The position numbers and the translations under genes were made by a program. A model generated the notes under the pieces. That model had not been told where the DNA came from, ran no database searches, and worked only from the letters and a program-made list of their open reading frames with translations. From Macrostomum lignano (taxonomy: Eukaryota): a stretch of DNA of 64,000 nt. Position 1 is the stretch's first letter. Each line of letters opens with the position of its first letter. This document shows positions 47,535-61,512 of this stretch, one piece after another. The stretch is from the NCBI GenBank assembly GCA_002269645.1, contig NIVC01000460.1:372001-436000 (forward strand). Reading direction: 5' to 3'.

Positions 47535-48003
47535 TCCTGACAGCATTCCCCTTCCTGACAGCATTCCCCACCTCCTGACAGCATTCCCCCACCTCCTGAC
47601 AGTATTCCCCCGACTCCTGACAGTATTCCCCACCTCCTGACAGCATTCCCCCTCCTGACAGCATTCCCCCTCCTGACAGCATTCCCCCCACCTCCTAACA
47701 GCATTCCCCCAACTCCTGACAGCATTCCCCCAACCTCCTAACAGCATTCCCCCAACCTCCTAACAGCATTCCCCCAACCTCCTGACAGCATTCCCCCAAC
47801 CTCCTAACAGCATTCCCCCAACCTTCTGACAGCATTCCCCAACCTCCTGACAGCATTCCCCAACCTCCTGACAGCATTCCCCAACCTCCTGACAGCATTC
47901 CCCAACCTCCTGACAGCATTCCCCAACCTCCTGACAGCATTCCCCAACCTCCTGACGGCATTCCCCAACCTCCTGACAGCATTCCCCACCTCCTGACAGC
48001 ATT
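47535..48003. repeat. Minisatellite, 20-23-bp unit (cctcctgacagcattccccaa)
   Basis: Read directly. Confidence 0.95.
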
Positions 48004-48007
48004 CCTT

Positions 48008-48260
48008 AGCCCTGGGTTCGATGGATTGCCAAGAGATTCACACCCATTGGGGGGGGGGGATTCAAGGCACAGACAGTGTACATGCCTGACGATTGGAAAG
48101 TCAGAACCGCTGTACACCCTGTCTGATCGTGTGTGTGTGTGTGTGCTCAGTGGAGTCAGCGGAATGGGCAGAATTGCCTCAGCGCAGTTTATGAGACCAT
48201 GTCACCGAAAGGCGTTGCGCCAGGGTGGCTTCAGACTTCCTGAAATTCTTATTATTATGA
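48008..48260 (+). mobile_element. SINE copy C (diverged, mostly 3' body)
   Basis: B-box-like CCCTGGGTTCGAT; 48063-48180 similar to 55503-55635 (aaggcacag, gtacatgcct, ccgctgtacac, ggaatgggcag); ttattattat tail. Confidence 0.6.
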
Positions 48261-49149
48261 GCTCGCATTATTACAGGACAAAATTAAATCCAAAATGTTT
48301 CAATTTATTTAAAAAATAACAGAACGTCCCGACAGGGCTCAGTAGAGTTTCTGGCTGCCCGAATGCATTTGGGAATTGCCAGAATTGGAAATTTATCTTT
48401 GACATGCACAGCTCTAAAATTACCTTCCACTCTTCGGTAATTAATCATGGATTTCTTTTGCGCTTGAATAAAATCTTGTTCCCTATTTGGGAATCTGAAG
48501 GGTCCTTGCTAAAAGAAGATTATTTTTTTAATAAGATTCGTGCTATTTGTTTTAACTGTTGATTTTCGCGTCAGTTCAAATTGACAATCACAACAAGATC
48601 GCTCTGTCTGGCCGCGTGGGCGCACTAAAGTACATCGGGTCTCGAATCCGATGAGAGATCAGCTTTAATGCCCATATTTTTCCTTTCTTATCGCTGCATC
48701 TCCTTGATGCTATCCCGCTGGGAGACTGGGGATAATCTTCCCTATTTTTCCGTCTCCTACTGTAGCGAGTTCTCATTAGCAGCAGCCTCAAGATAGGCCG
48801 GTGTTCGACTGATCGGGAAACTTTTTATCCCAATCCCCTATTCCCCTACACACTCGCGCATCCCTCATATCCCGTGTACGGATGAGCCTTCTCCCTGTGA
48901 GCCTAGTGAAATATATTTTAGAAAACTATCTGTTTTTGTAGCAAAGCAAAATTGAAAAACAGATACAAAAAATTGATCTATACAGCGCCTCTACTCTAAG
49001 CAGATTGGGATTTAGTGGCAAAAACACAGAATGATTGAGATTAGCCTTTGGACGCACTGTCAATAATTTATGAGCACTGCGAGATCTCTGGGAAAGTGGC
49101 AATTGGCGTGAGAAGCTACGAGCATTAGGTAGTGTCAAATTGGTAAATG

Positions 49150-49810
49150 GGTTTAGATGGCGCCGCATGGGTTTAGATGACGCCAAATGGGTTTAGATGG
49201 CGCCAAATGAGTTTAAATGGCGCCAAATGAGTTTAAATCGCGCCAAATGGGTTTAAATGGTGCAAAATAGGTTTAGATGACGCCGCATGGGTTTAGATGG
49301 CGCCAAATGGGTTTAGATGGCGCCAAATGGGTTTAGATGGCGCCAAATGGGTTTAGATGGCGCCAAAAAGGTTTAGATGACGCTAAATGGATTTAAATGG
49401 TGCCAAATGGGTTTAGATGACGCCAAAAAGGTTTAGATGACGCTAAATGGATTTAGATAGCGCCAAATAGGTTTAGATGACGCTAAATGGGTTTAGATAG
49501 CGCCAAATAGGTTTAGATGACGCCAAGTGGGTTTAGATGACGCCAAATGGGTTTAGATAGCGCCAAATAGGTTTAGATGACGCTAAATGGGTTTAGATAG
49601 CGCCAAATGGGTTTAGATGACGCCAAGTGGGTTTAGATGACGCCAAATGGGTTTAGATAGCGCCAAATAGGTTTAGATGACGCTAAATGGGTTTAGATAG
49701 CGCCAAATGGGTTTAGATGACGCCAAGTGGGTTTAGATGACGCCAAATGGGTTTAGATAGCGCCAAATGGGTTTATATGACGCCAAATGGGTTTAGATGA
49801 CGCTAAATGG
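49150..49810. repeat. Minisatellite, 20-bp unit (gggtttagatgacgccaaat)
   Basis: Read directly. Confidence 0.95.
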
Positions 49811-50229
49811 GTTCACTAAAGATGGCACTCAATTAGAGCAGTGCAAAGCTCTAAAGTGCTCACAACTCAAGCTGTGGTTTGAGCAATTAAGACTGGGAAC
49901 GCTGAGGCCAAGAGAAACTGCCCATCGGAAGCGCTTTTTTCATGTACTTTTACAGCTCACCTGCCGTCAAAGCTGGAGTTTCTTTGCATTTTTTAAATGC
50001 CCATCCCCTCAGCCTTCCATTCTCTTTTGTCTACTCCAGAGTTGCTTTGTGCTTGGCGGAGCCTCAAGAAGCTAGTTAATTTTATTGTCTTTCTTTGCCG
50101 CTTCCTGCAACTCTCAAGACCCTTCGCTGTGTCAAGTTTTTGTTTTTAAACTTATCTTTGCGTTCAAAATGGAATTGGTTGTCTTCAATTGATTAGTAAT
50201 ATTTTAAAGAGTTCGTTTTGTTCCGAGAG

Positions 50230-50850
50230 AAGAGGAGAGAGAAAGGACTGTAAAGAGAGAGAGAGAGGGAGAGGGAGAAAGGGAGAGAGAGAGGGAGAGA
50301 GGGAGAGAGAGAGAGAGGTGATAGAGGATGCCGAGGTAAGGGAGGTGAGAGAGGGAGAGATGATAGAGAGAGGTAAGAGAGGAGAGAGGCGAGAGAGGAG
50401 AGAGAGGTAAGCAAGGAGAGAGGAGAGAGAGGAGAGGTGAGAGAGAGGTGTGAGAGGTGAGAGGTGAGAGAGGAGAGAGGTGAGAGAGAGAGAGAGGGGA
50501 GAGAGGAGAGAGGTGAGAGGTGAGAGAGGAGAGAGGTGAGAGAGAGAGGAGAGAGGAGAGAGGAGAGAGGTGAGAGAGATAATAGGTCAGAGAGGAGGGA
50601 GGAGAAATGAGAAAGAGAAGTGAGGAGAGGGGGGAGGAGAAAGGTGAGAGGTGAATGGAGAGAGATGAGAGAACTGAGGTGAGAGAGGAGTGAACTTAGA
50701 AGTGAGAGGAGAGAGGAGAAATGAGAGAGAGAAGTGAGGAGATGGGGTAGAGAAGAGAGACTAGAGAGGAGAGATGAGGAAGGATGGAGATGTGAGAGAA
50801 GGGAGGTGAGAGCGGTGAGATAAGAGTTCAGTGGAAGTACAGAGAGGCAG
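50230..50850. repeat. GA-rich low-complexity tract
   Basis: Read directly. Confidence 0.9.
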
Positions 50851-51985
50851 TGAGACGGCCCAGTGGCTCAAACCGACAGAGCGGTCATGAAGTTCGATAA
50901 CTAGGAGTGTAGATTAAGAACATTTTCAAGCTCTTTTCTGGACCAGCGATGGCTTAATTGATTCAACGTGTGTAACTACATGTATATCCCAGCTGTTGAA
51001 AAGTTTGGTAAAAATCTGTTACAAAACCGTCACGATTACTTCTAACTCCAAACTCTAATATTAGAACTCCACTACAGAGCCTGTCAGCCTCTCTCAATAT
51101 TTGTTTTGCCAAGTCATTCACCCGCAGCCTCGCAATTTCCCCCATGATTTGCTATTCACTCCACTCTCTCAGATCCCGCCCACACAGAGCTCCCAGTCTC
51201 AGCTCCTCCGTTACCCGCGGTTTCACCTGCTAACTATCTGTAACTAATTACAATGGGCCGCCCGTGTCCGGCCGGCTGGACAAATTTGTGCTAATTGAGT
51301 GAGTAGAGTAGCCCGAGTGAGTAGCCCGTCAGCAGCTGCGCTCCCTCTGATGGGGCTTCAATGCTGGGAGTCTGATGATAATACCGAAGCAGACTGACGA
51401 CATGAAAAAAAATGAAATACTGCTGTTGTCACGGCAACTGGGGGGGGGATAAGTTTGATCGGGATTTTTCTCCTCTCTCCCTCGCGAGTCTCCCTTTCTG
51501 ACCCCTCGGCTCTGCTGCATGGGATTTAGAAATGAAAAAAAATGTATAAAAGTGGGAGTCCAGCCCCCCCCCCCCCCCGGCTGAGATTGGGAGATTGGAG
51601 CACATCCGCTGAAAGGCATAAAATAATTTTCAAGTCCTCCAGTCAGGCCAGCCCCCCTCCCCTACCCCAGTTCGATCCCCAGTTCAGTTTTGTGGCACCG
51701 GGCCAAGAACTGAGAATAACCGTTTTCAAGGGCATGAATGATTAATTTTTTCGCGTATTTTTGCAAAAATAACAAAAAATCCTAACCGTTCTACTTGCAG
51801 CGGCAGTACGCTGATAATGCGCTAATTTTTAACTATTTTTCATTTCAAAATTCCAGTTCTTATGGCAGCTTGTTCGGAAAGGAGCCGAGAAATTTCTATT
51901 GCAACAGGTGGGCGAGAATTAATTGCTTCGCTAATTATGGACTTACAAACAGCCAAATAAATCAATTTGATGTACTCTTATACAG

Positions 51986-52042
51986 GTACGATGAGTATCG
52001 CTATGGACAGAGCAGTCCTCAGAGCTCCAGCTGCGATAGAAG
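51986..52042 (+). CDS. unc-13: unc-13 candidate exon 9
   Basis: cttatacag acceptor, GTAAGG donor, phase 2-2, YDEYRYGQSSPQSSSCDR. Confidence 0.7.
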
Positions 52043-52407
52043 GTAAGGATCTCGATCCACTCCGAACAATTTGTGGCCTTGAGCAAGACACTTGCTTCAG
52101 TTCACCCAGCTGTAAAATGGGTGCCAGCATTAGCTGGGGTAATTGAGGGTGTGTGGCGGCCCCCCCCCCAGTCCTTGGACTGAACAGCCGTACGCAGCCT
52201 TCAGATGCGCCGCGCAATAGCTGCGGCTGAGCTGTCGGTTGCACACCTGCCGATTAGGTCAGCTGTAATTAATTATTAATTTAACAAGAAGTGATGCTTA
52301 CTTCGTAATAATTCGGCCTATGGGGATTATTCCAGTTTCAACTCTCATTGCTCATTTTTTCTACCTAAAATTGACAGAGAATTGCTCATCTCTTCCTTCC
52401 ACTCCAG

Positions 52408-54570
52408 CCCCGGCTACAGCCGCCGCATTCTCCAGCCGTCTCCTCAAGAGGATTCCGACGCACTCGCCAGTGCTTTGCCGCCGTTCGGCCGCCATCGGCA
52501 GCAGCAGCGGCAGTACATCTACGGCAGCAGTCCTGAGGACGAGCTGGCGGACCTGGTCAGCCCGACCATGTCCCTCCTTGACCCGAACGAAGGAGTCGGC
52601 ATTGTCGGCATCGATCCGTACGCCAAGTTCGCCAGCCCGGTGCTGCACCGGCGCGCCGGCTACCCGACGCCCGAGGCGGCCATCGCAGCCGCCGGTGTTA
52701 TGAGTTCGCCGGTGTGCTCAGCCGAGGACGAGCCGTTGGACGATTTGGCGTCAAGCAGCCTGGCAGGTTTAAGCCGGAGCGACTCCTTCTACGAGAACCA
52801 CCGGCCCTTGGCCGTGATGGCGCCGCGCCGTGGCCACCTGCGCTATCCACCAGCCGACTACGACTACAGCGCCGAGGACTACGAGGAGGCCGCGGTGACT
52901 CGGACGGGGGGTCGAAACGCTGCCTACCAGAGCAGCTTCTCGTCCGAGGACCAGCCGCTCAGCAGCGACTTCTCCAGCGCCGCTGGCGTCCACCAGCAAC
53001 AGCTGCAGCAGCCGCAGCCGCAGAGGCACCGGAGGCAGCAGCGCCACCTGCCAACGCCGCAAACTGCCGAGCAGCGGCAGCGCCGATTCGAAGCGACCTC
53101 GGCCGGGGTCAGCCAGGAGACGGACACCACCGTCAGCGACGCGAGCGGCGCCAACCTGGTTGGAGGAGGTCGCCCCAACAACCGACGGCTTCCTGGCGGC
53201 ATCCGGGAGGAGGAGGAGGAGCTGAGCGCGGCGTCCTCGCTGCAGCAGCTGCACCAGCGGGGCTCTGACGAGGCCAGCGGAAGCTACGAGCGAAACCTGA
53301 TCGCCCCGCCAATCGTTGATCGGCGATTCGCTAGCAGTGCTCGGCCGCCGTCCATCAGCAACCTGCGCGGCCAGAGTGCCATCACGGACGAAGACGACAT
53401 CCCGCTTAGAGCAGAAGAAGCGATAGCGGCAGCCGGGGAAGAGTTTGAAGCAGAGGAGGCCGGCTTCGCCCCGCTGCAGACGGATTCGTTCGACAACAAC
53501 TTCAATCGGAGCTTCGAGGACGAGGCCGGTCTGGACTTCGACGACCAGGAGCCGCCGGAACGAGAGCTGCTAACGCCGGTCGGTCAGCGAGGCGGCGTCG
53601 ACCTGGACATCGACTATGACGGTCGGTTGACGCCCAGAGCAGGTGGCCAGTTCAGTGACGAAGAGCTACGGCCAGAGATGGGACGTGACGAAGCGGCGCC
53701 AATTCCGCGACCGATTCGACACGAACGCTTGACAGACGACGGCTTCAACGGACGACAATCTGCTATTGAAGAGCTCGAGCCCGACCTTGACGATGGGAAC
53801 TACTTTGAGCAATCGAGTCGAGAGGTTTCATTTGACCGCGGGCCGCCACCTCCGCCGCCGCTGCAGCGCTCGGAGGAGGACGAACTGGTGCTCGATGGGG
53901 ACGCCGATTTTCAGTCAGGCGCAGCTGAGGAGGCGCCGTACGACCGCTCGGCGGGCTACCGGCAGCGGGCTCGGACACTGTCTCGAGTGTCCGGTTTCGA
54001 AGAGGAAGTGGAAGAGGAGGAGGACGAGGCGCTGATGGTAAACAATCGAGACAGTCAAGACGCAGACGATGACGAGCTGCTGTACGAGGAGACGGAAAGG
54101 CGGAGAGACGACAGCCGCGACTTTGACGAGCCTCAAGACGGAGCAGAGCAGGACTTTGACGAAGAAGAGGAGGAGGATGATGAGGGCGGCAGCGGGATGT
54201 TTCGGCGACGAACTTCGCTGCCAGATCGACGCTTGCTGTCGCCGACGGAAGGCGGCGGCGAGGACGCCGAGCTGGACGACGAGGCGGTCGAGGGCGAGGG
54301 CGAGTTGGATCCGTTCTCGGAGTACCGCGATTTCGAGCGCGAATTCGATGACGAGGCGGCTGCTGCTGAGGCCGCGGCTGCCGACGCCGAAGACGCCGCG
54401 GCGCAGGCGGCCGAGGAAGGCGACGAGCAGCCGGGAATCGAGGAGGAGGCTCTGTCACCCTCGACGCCGCCTCCTCGGCCCGAGTCACCGGTTGCTCGGC
54501 CGAAACTGTCCGACGAGGACGAGCGAGAAGCGGAGGATGAGTTTGACGAGAATCGGTTCGGGCGGCCGGG
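52408..54570 (+). CDS. unc-13: unc-13 large acidic low-complexity exon (2163 nt)
   Basis: Open 721-codon GC-rich exon; ccactccag acceptor, GTGAGC donor, phase 2-2; lies between the C2A exons and the CaM-binding exon. Confidence 0.8.
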
Positions 54571-55109
54571 GTGAGCTGGGGCTCTTTGGTGAGGTCATTT
54601 GGGATGGATGGGGTTATTAAGGTGGATGGGGTCATTTGGGGTCGGATGGGGTCATTTGGGGTCGGATGGGGTCATTTGGGGCTATATAGAGTTTTAAGGT
54701 TACAGTTACGAGCGTATATTGACGTCACCAGATGAGACGTAATATCATTAACAAGAATTTTTACTTTGTGAATTTTACAGCAATGGAAAGAATATTGAGG
54801 TATAAAAATATTTTGGCTTTACTACAGTGTAAAGCTTTTTAATCTATGCTGAAACCAATTATAATTAATAAGATAATGGCTTTCTACTCTCTTTTCTCAG
54901 ATTTTACTTGCTCTGGTGGCGGAATTATAAAAAAATTTCCCTTTTTGTTTACATTCTCTCTCAGTCCATGAGAATCTGCCTCTCCGCTCTCTGAGTCCAC
55001 GAGAATCTGCTTTTTTGGATTGAGCTTACTCACTGCCTTGGCTATTTAAGCTACTCGCACAGTCAGTAGTCACAGTGGAGCACAATCACTATTAAATTTC
55101 CAAATGCAG

Positions 55110-55332
55110 CGCAAGCAACGGGGCCTACTATCCGTCCAGAGAAGACAAAGCGGCATCGCCAGGCGAGGGCACCGGCGGGTCAGGCGCCGCGTCGGTGGAC
55201 ACCCCGACCACGTCGACATCTCGACAGCGGCCGGGCAGCGGCGCCGGTTTCAGCGGCTCTATCGGTGGTGTCAGCTGCGCTAGAAAACGCTGGATTGAGG
55301 CGTTCAACAGGGTTTGCGCTCAGCTCAGCGAG
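55110..55332 (+). CDS. unc-13: unc-13 exon carrying the calmodulin-binding motif
   Basis: ARKRWIEAFNRVCAQLSE resembles the Munc13 CaM site (W..AFNKV..QLQE); GTGAGT donor (phase 0). Exons 1-11 total 3405 nt, in frame; the C1/C2B/MUN region lies beyond the window. Confidence 0.85.
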
Positions 55333-55351
55333 GTGAGTGAGGTGGCCGCGA

Positions 55352-55690
55352 TGGCTTGCCGTAGCCCAGTGGTCTCGCATGGCGCTCTGATGTGCCAGCG
55401 GCCCAGGTTCGATTCCAAGTTGCAGTCGCATTAATTTGGGGCTAAATTGGAATATCGGCTTGGCTCTGCTCGTGCAATTATCTCCTCTGAGGGCCAACCC
55501 CCCAAGGCACAGTGAAGCGTACATGCCTAACGATAAATAAAGTTAGGGCCGCTGTACACTCCTGTGTGAGTGTGTGCCTGTGCGTATGACTCGGGGGCTC
55601 AGGGGAGTCGGTGGAATGGGCAGTAATGCCTCTCGCCGGTTGTGTAACAATGTCGCTTGAAGTGCGCAAGAGTCCACACAGCCCTCCTTC
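55352..55690 (+). mobile_element. tRNA-derived SINE, most complete copy (B)
   Basis: A box TAGCCCAGTGG, B box GGTTCGATTCC; 5' half shared with 1865-2024 and 3' half with 48063-48200; cttcttct tail. Confidence 0.75.
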
Positions 55691-55779
55691 TTCTACTAAA
55701 TTAATGGTGGTCGCTTGACTGGTTCAATTGGGTCAGAATTCCACTGGCCAATCAAAAAGCACGGAGGGGGTAGAGTTTT

Positions 55780-56035
55780 TATTAGGGGAGTCTCGGCCGT
55801 CCAATAAGAATGCGCGGATAGTGAAGGCCTTTTTATGGGGGGTTTCGGCTGTCCAATAAAAATGCGCCAATAGGAAAGGGCGATTTTTATGGGGGTTTCG
55901 GCGGTCCAATAGAAATGCGCCAATAGGAAAGGGCGATTTTTATGGGGGTTTCGGCGGTCCAATAAAAATGCGCCAATAGGAAAGGGCGATTTTTATGGGG
56001 GTTTCGGCTGTCTAATAAAAATGCGCGGATTGGAA
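55780..56035. repeat. ~51-bp tandem repeat, 4-5 copies
   Basis: tttatgggggtttcggc(g/t)gtccaataaaaatgcgccaataggaaagggcgatt. Confidence 0.85.
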
Positions 56036-56886
56036 AGGGCCTTTTTGAGACCTTCAAGTGTCTAGCTTACGTTAGCTTTTTTAGATTTTTTTCTAATTTA
56101 GCACAGAAAAACTTTTAACAATGTCCAACTTCCAGCTGTCAAGAGGGCTATTTCGAGTTGACTTACTCGTAGATTTATTTATAGGGCGAGTTGTAAAATT
56201 CTTATTTTTTTGCATATCAGCTTTGCCGGCACCTTTTCAACTGTAATCGCTGAGTGACTCAACATTCTGTCCCGCTCTTCTGCTATTCGTTCCGCCCCAA
56301 CTCTGTCAATGTAAATCTTCCCTATTGCCGGGAATTTTATCTGAAACTTTTTGTGAGCTATTTCCTGCAATCGGACGCGTTAAAAATGGCGACAGGCCCG
56401 CCAGAACCCCGCCTTGTTGGTGGGAACTCAACATATGAGTGCGGCAAATGACGGGCCTGAAGACCTGAGAGACCAGTCAGCCAATGCGAGTGCAGCTCGG
56501 CTAGGCAAAGTCTTTAAACTACAATGCGGAGAACGAGGCCGAGCTTGAGAGTGGATTAGCAACTCAGTATAGTGGATAAACACAGCCCTCCATACTATCC
56601 ATAGTCTATCCCAGCAATAATTTTCCCCACGCCGAATAATAGCAGCCAACGATTTTCGAGTCCGGGGGTGCGCACATCCGGTGTGGAGGGAGTCGCGGTC
56701 TGAACTGTTGAGCAGTTTTGGCTGATTCACGAGAAAATATTAACTATATAGAGAGCGAAAGTTGGAGTTTAAAAATTTGCTTGAACCCAGTAAGGGGTAT
56801 ATTGTAGGTCAATAGAACAGTAAACCTGCTCAGCCAGGAGTCTGGCTCAGTTTCTGCTTTGCTAAAGAAACCCTGAAAGACAAAGA

Positions 56887-57159
56887 ATGTCGACAGTAAA
56901 CAAGAAGGCGGACAACTCCGATCCAGTCTCTGCGCCTCATCTAGGAGCTCTGGTCAAGCGCTACTCTGAGCACATCCTGGCTGCCGAGTCTGGAGCGACA
57001 GCAACATCTCGCGGGCATCGGGGCAGTCTGGACAGCAGCGGCACCATCAGCAGCAGCAGCAGCAGCAGTGGCGTCACTCTTCTTGAACTGGCTAACAGAG
57101 CCGCTGCCGCAGCAGCAGCTTCGAAGCAGAAAACTCGACAGAAAGCTGAGCAGAAAACT
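56887..57159 (+). CDS. unc-13: Candidate alternative first coding exon of a short unc-13 isoform
   Basis: ATG with an in-frame TAA upstream (56863), 91 codons, GTAAGG donor in phase 0 (same phase as exon 11). Assignment to unc-13 is inferred. Confidence 0.5.
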
Positions 57160-58596
57160 GTAAGGAATCTGAGCTATGCAACTACAGGAAAATTAGGATT
57201 GAAAAGTGTTGTTTGAATGCGTGCATCTGACAGGTCTGGCTGGCTCTGGATGCTAGAATAACTAGATGGGCCACTCAGCACATTTGCGTGTAAGCTACTC
57301 TCAGTTCAGTAGTAAGTTAAACAGAAGCATTTAAATGCATGTTTAAAGCCAAGGCTCATTTATTGGCTCTTAACCCCCCCCCCCCAGCTTAAACCCTCCA
57401 GCCGCGCCACAAAACACTTAAACACTCCCCCCGCCCCAATTTTTATTGCCTTTCTCGGAATTCCAGCCTAAAGCGGCCATGTACATTTCAGTGGACTGGC
57501 CAATGTACATTATGGCTGAACCAATTAGCAAGTTGTTCACGCCTGCAAGCAAGCTCGGGCTTCTAAACCTATCAAAGTCATTTCAGCCGCCTTTATTTTT
57601 ATAAAATAACTTATGCATTCTTTTTTGCTACTGAACTGAAAGTAGAAAGCTGTTTTACTAAGCAAATATGCCTAGTAATTTTAGTATCTGTGGGTCTGAC
57701 TATCGAGGACTTCTTGAAGTGGAAGTGTGTGTGTGTGGCAACTTCAAATTACTTTAAGCCTACATTTCCACTTTAGCAGTCCTTGACTGACGCTTCCGAA
57801 CCATTGTACCCATTCGATAGGCAGCGTACAGATCGCCCTAGATCAGCCCAGAACCAGCCAGCATCAGATATCGCAAATGAAAGATAAAATCCCAAGAAAA
57901 TTTAGCCAAAAAGCAATTACGCGATTATACGAGTATCCTGAGGGCTAGCCACGGTTGCCTCACAAGTATTACTTAGACTAGTAAAACAAAAGAAGTGCTT
58001 CCATTTCCGTTGCAACTAAAAATGTCAATTACGTTATTAAAAACAACAAAAGGCCGAAGCCAGTCGCAGCCGTTGGACTCAGTCGATCAGGCAAAGAGTC
58101 GTTGCCGCCTCGCTGTTTGTAAGTTTCTTCTTCCGCTTCGCTTGCTCCAAATTTACCAAAGTCACTCAGCGACTACACACTGTACTGTATTTTTGTGCCA
58201 AAAAACATTTGCATTTTTGTCCACCTTGCTCTACTAACAGTAGAGTGAAATGCGGTCGGAAATAATTTTTGCTTAAAATTAATTCAAGTTAATTCAGGAT
58301 TTGAGTAGAAGAGAAAAGTGAGTCTGTTGCCTTCACGTGGAGAATTGCCTCCCCCCTCCCCACCTAAATCATCCCACAGCTCTTACTCGCTCTCTCTACC
58401 CAGTGCCGTATCTCTTCCCCTTCTCATTTCCTTCCTCTCTCTATTATGAAACCGAAATCTTTAAGCTGATAAAAAGTGCACCGCACTCCCCGGTGATTGG
58501 GAAGAATATTGTGAAAAACTGCTGGGCTCGTCAGGGGTTGCGCTTGAATAGATATTAACCGCTGTGGTAGAGGCTGGCACAGCTGCCTACCTGCCC

Positions 58597-59545
<949 letters not shown>

Positions 59546-59997
59546 TTGTGAATCGCTCCTATATCCTCTGAGCCCCGACTTGTCATCCATCAGCAGTGCA
59601 GCAGGCAGTTTTTTCAGCAAACAATCGTTTCCCCCTCTCAACATCGTGGCCTGTCTATTGGCAGGGCGATTTTTGCTAGCTAGTTCTAACTACATGTGGT
59701 ACAGAGTACCTGGCATTTATTCCCCCGGCTCCTGCTGAGTAGTTTTGTATCCAAATTCCTCGTCTGCCATCGCCCACTCACTCTGCCTCCCTCTCTGCTC
59801 CTATTAGTCTCAACCCAACTCACTCAAACGTGAAAACAGCAGCTCTGCACTCTCCAGCTGTGAGTCGTGCAGGTCGCCCAGTCTCTGCTGACAGAATTGA
59901 AGTTGTTCTCAACTAAACTCAACTGTAATTTTGAGTGATAGCTGTTACTTTAACCTGTTTTAATCGAGGGGTAGTTTTTAAGCTTTATAAGATCAGG

Positions 59998-60690
59998 GAC
60001 CAGAGACCACAGAGAGACCACAGAGACCACAGAGACCACAGAGACCACAGAGACCACAGAGACCACAGAGACCACAGAGACCACAGAGACCACAGAGACC
60101 ACAGAGACCACAGAGACCACAGAGACCACAGAGACCACAGAGACCACAGAGACCACAGAGAGGACAGAGACCACAGAGACCACAGAGACCACAGAGACCA
60201 CAGAGACGACAGAGACCACAGAGACGACAGAAACCACAGAGACCACAGAGACCACAGAGACCACAGAGACGACAGAGAGGACAGAGAGGACAGAGACCAC
60301 AGAGACCACAGAGACCACAGAGACCACAGAGACCACAGAGACGACAGAGAGGACAGAGACCACAGAGACGACAGAGACCACAGAGACCACAGAGACCACA
60401 GAGACCACAGAGACCACAGAGACCACAGAGACGACAGAGACGACAGAGACGACAGAGAGGACAGAGACCATAGAGACCACAGAGACCACAGAGACCACAG
60501 AGACCACAGAGACGACAGAGAGGACAGAGACCACGGAGACCACAGATACGACAGAGACCACAGAGACCACAGAGACCACAGAGACCACAGAGACGACAGA
60601 GACCGCAGAGACCACAGAGACCACAGAGACCACAGAGACCACAGAGACCACAGAGACCACAGAGACCACAGAGACCACAGAGACCAGTCA
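59998..60690. repeat. 9-bp minisatellite (cagagacca)n with gacga/gagga variants
   Basis: Read directly. Confidence 0.97.
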
Positions 60691-61081
60691 GAGATGCCAG
60701 TCAGAGATACCAGTCTCCCAGTTAACTGCAACAGTATATTCCGCCATTTGCTGACTTAATTGCTTCGTATCCATAAAATATTATTTTCTGCTTTATTCGC
60801 CTTCCGTAGCGATTCAGAAATCCAGCTGCCTCACAGGTTCTGTCTCTCACCCTGTGGCTCCCATATTTTGTGCAGCGGAGTAATTTGATAGCGAGGTGAG
60901 CAAACAGCCATGGAACTTTTTTATCTTTCAGCTGAAACCCCCAGCACTCCCGCCTTCTCCAGTTGCAGCTGGTGGCTTCTCTATTCGTAATCGATTAGAG
61001 CTGCACGGCTGGGCAAAACAGACTGATATGGTTGGGCTGAGGGGATACAGACTGCTGTTTGCGCTTGCCTGTACTGCTGAC

Positions 61082-61512
<431 letters not shown>

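Noticed and set aside
44645-49810. GGGTTTAGAT core shared by the 24-bp and 20-bp arrays, resembling plant TTTAGGG
   Set aside because: One permuted octamer per unit with no tandem telomeric repeats; probably chance or a shared seed
50855-50915. A-box/B-box-like motifs (ggcccagtgg ... gttcgat)
   Set aside because: Too degenerate and lacks the SINE body
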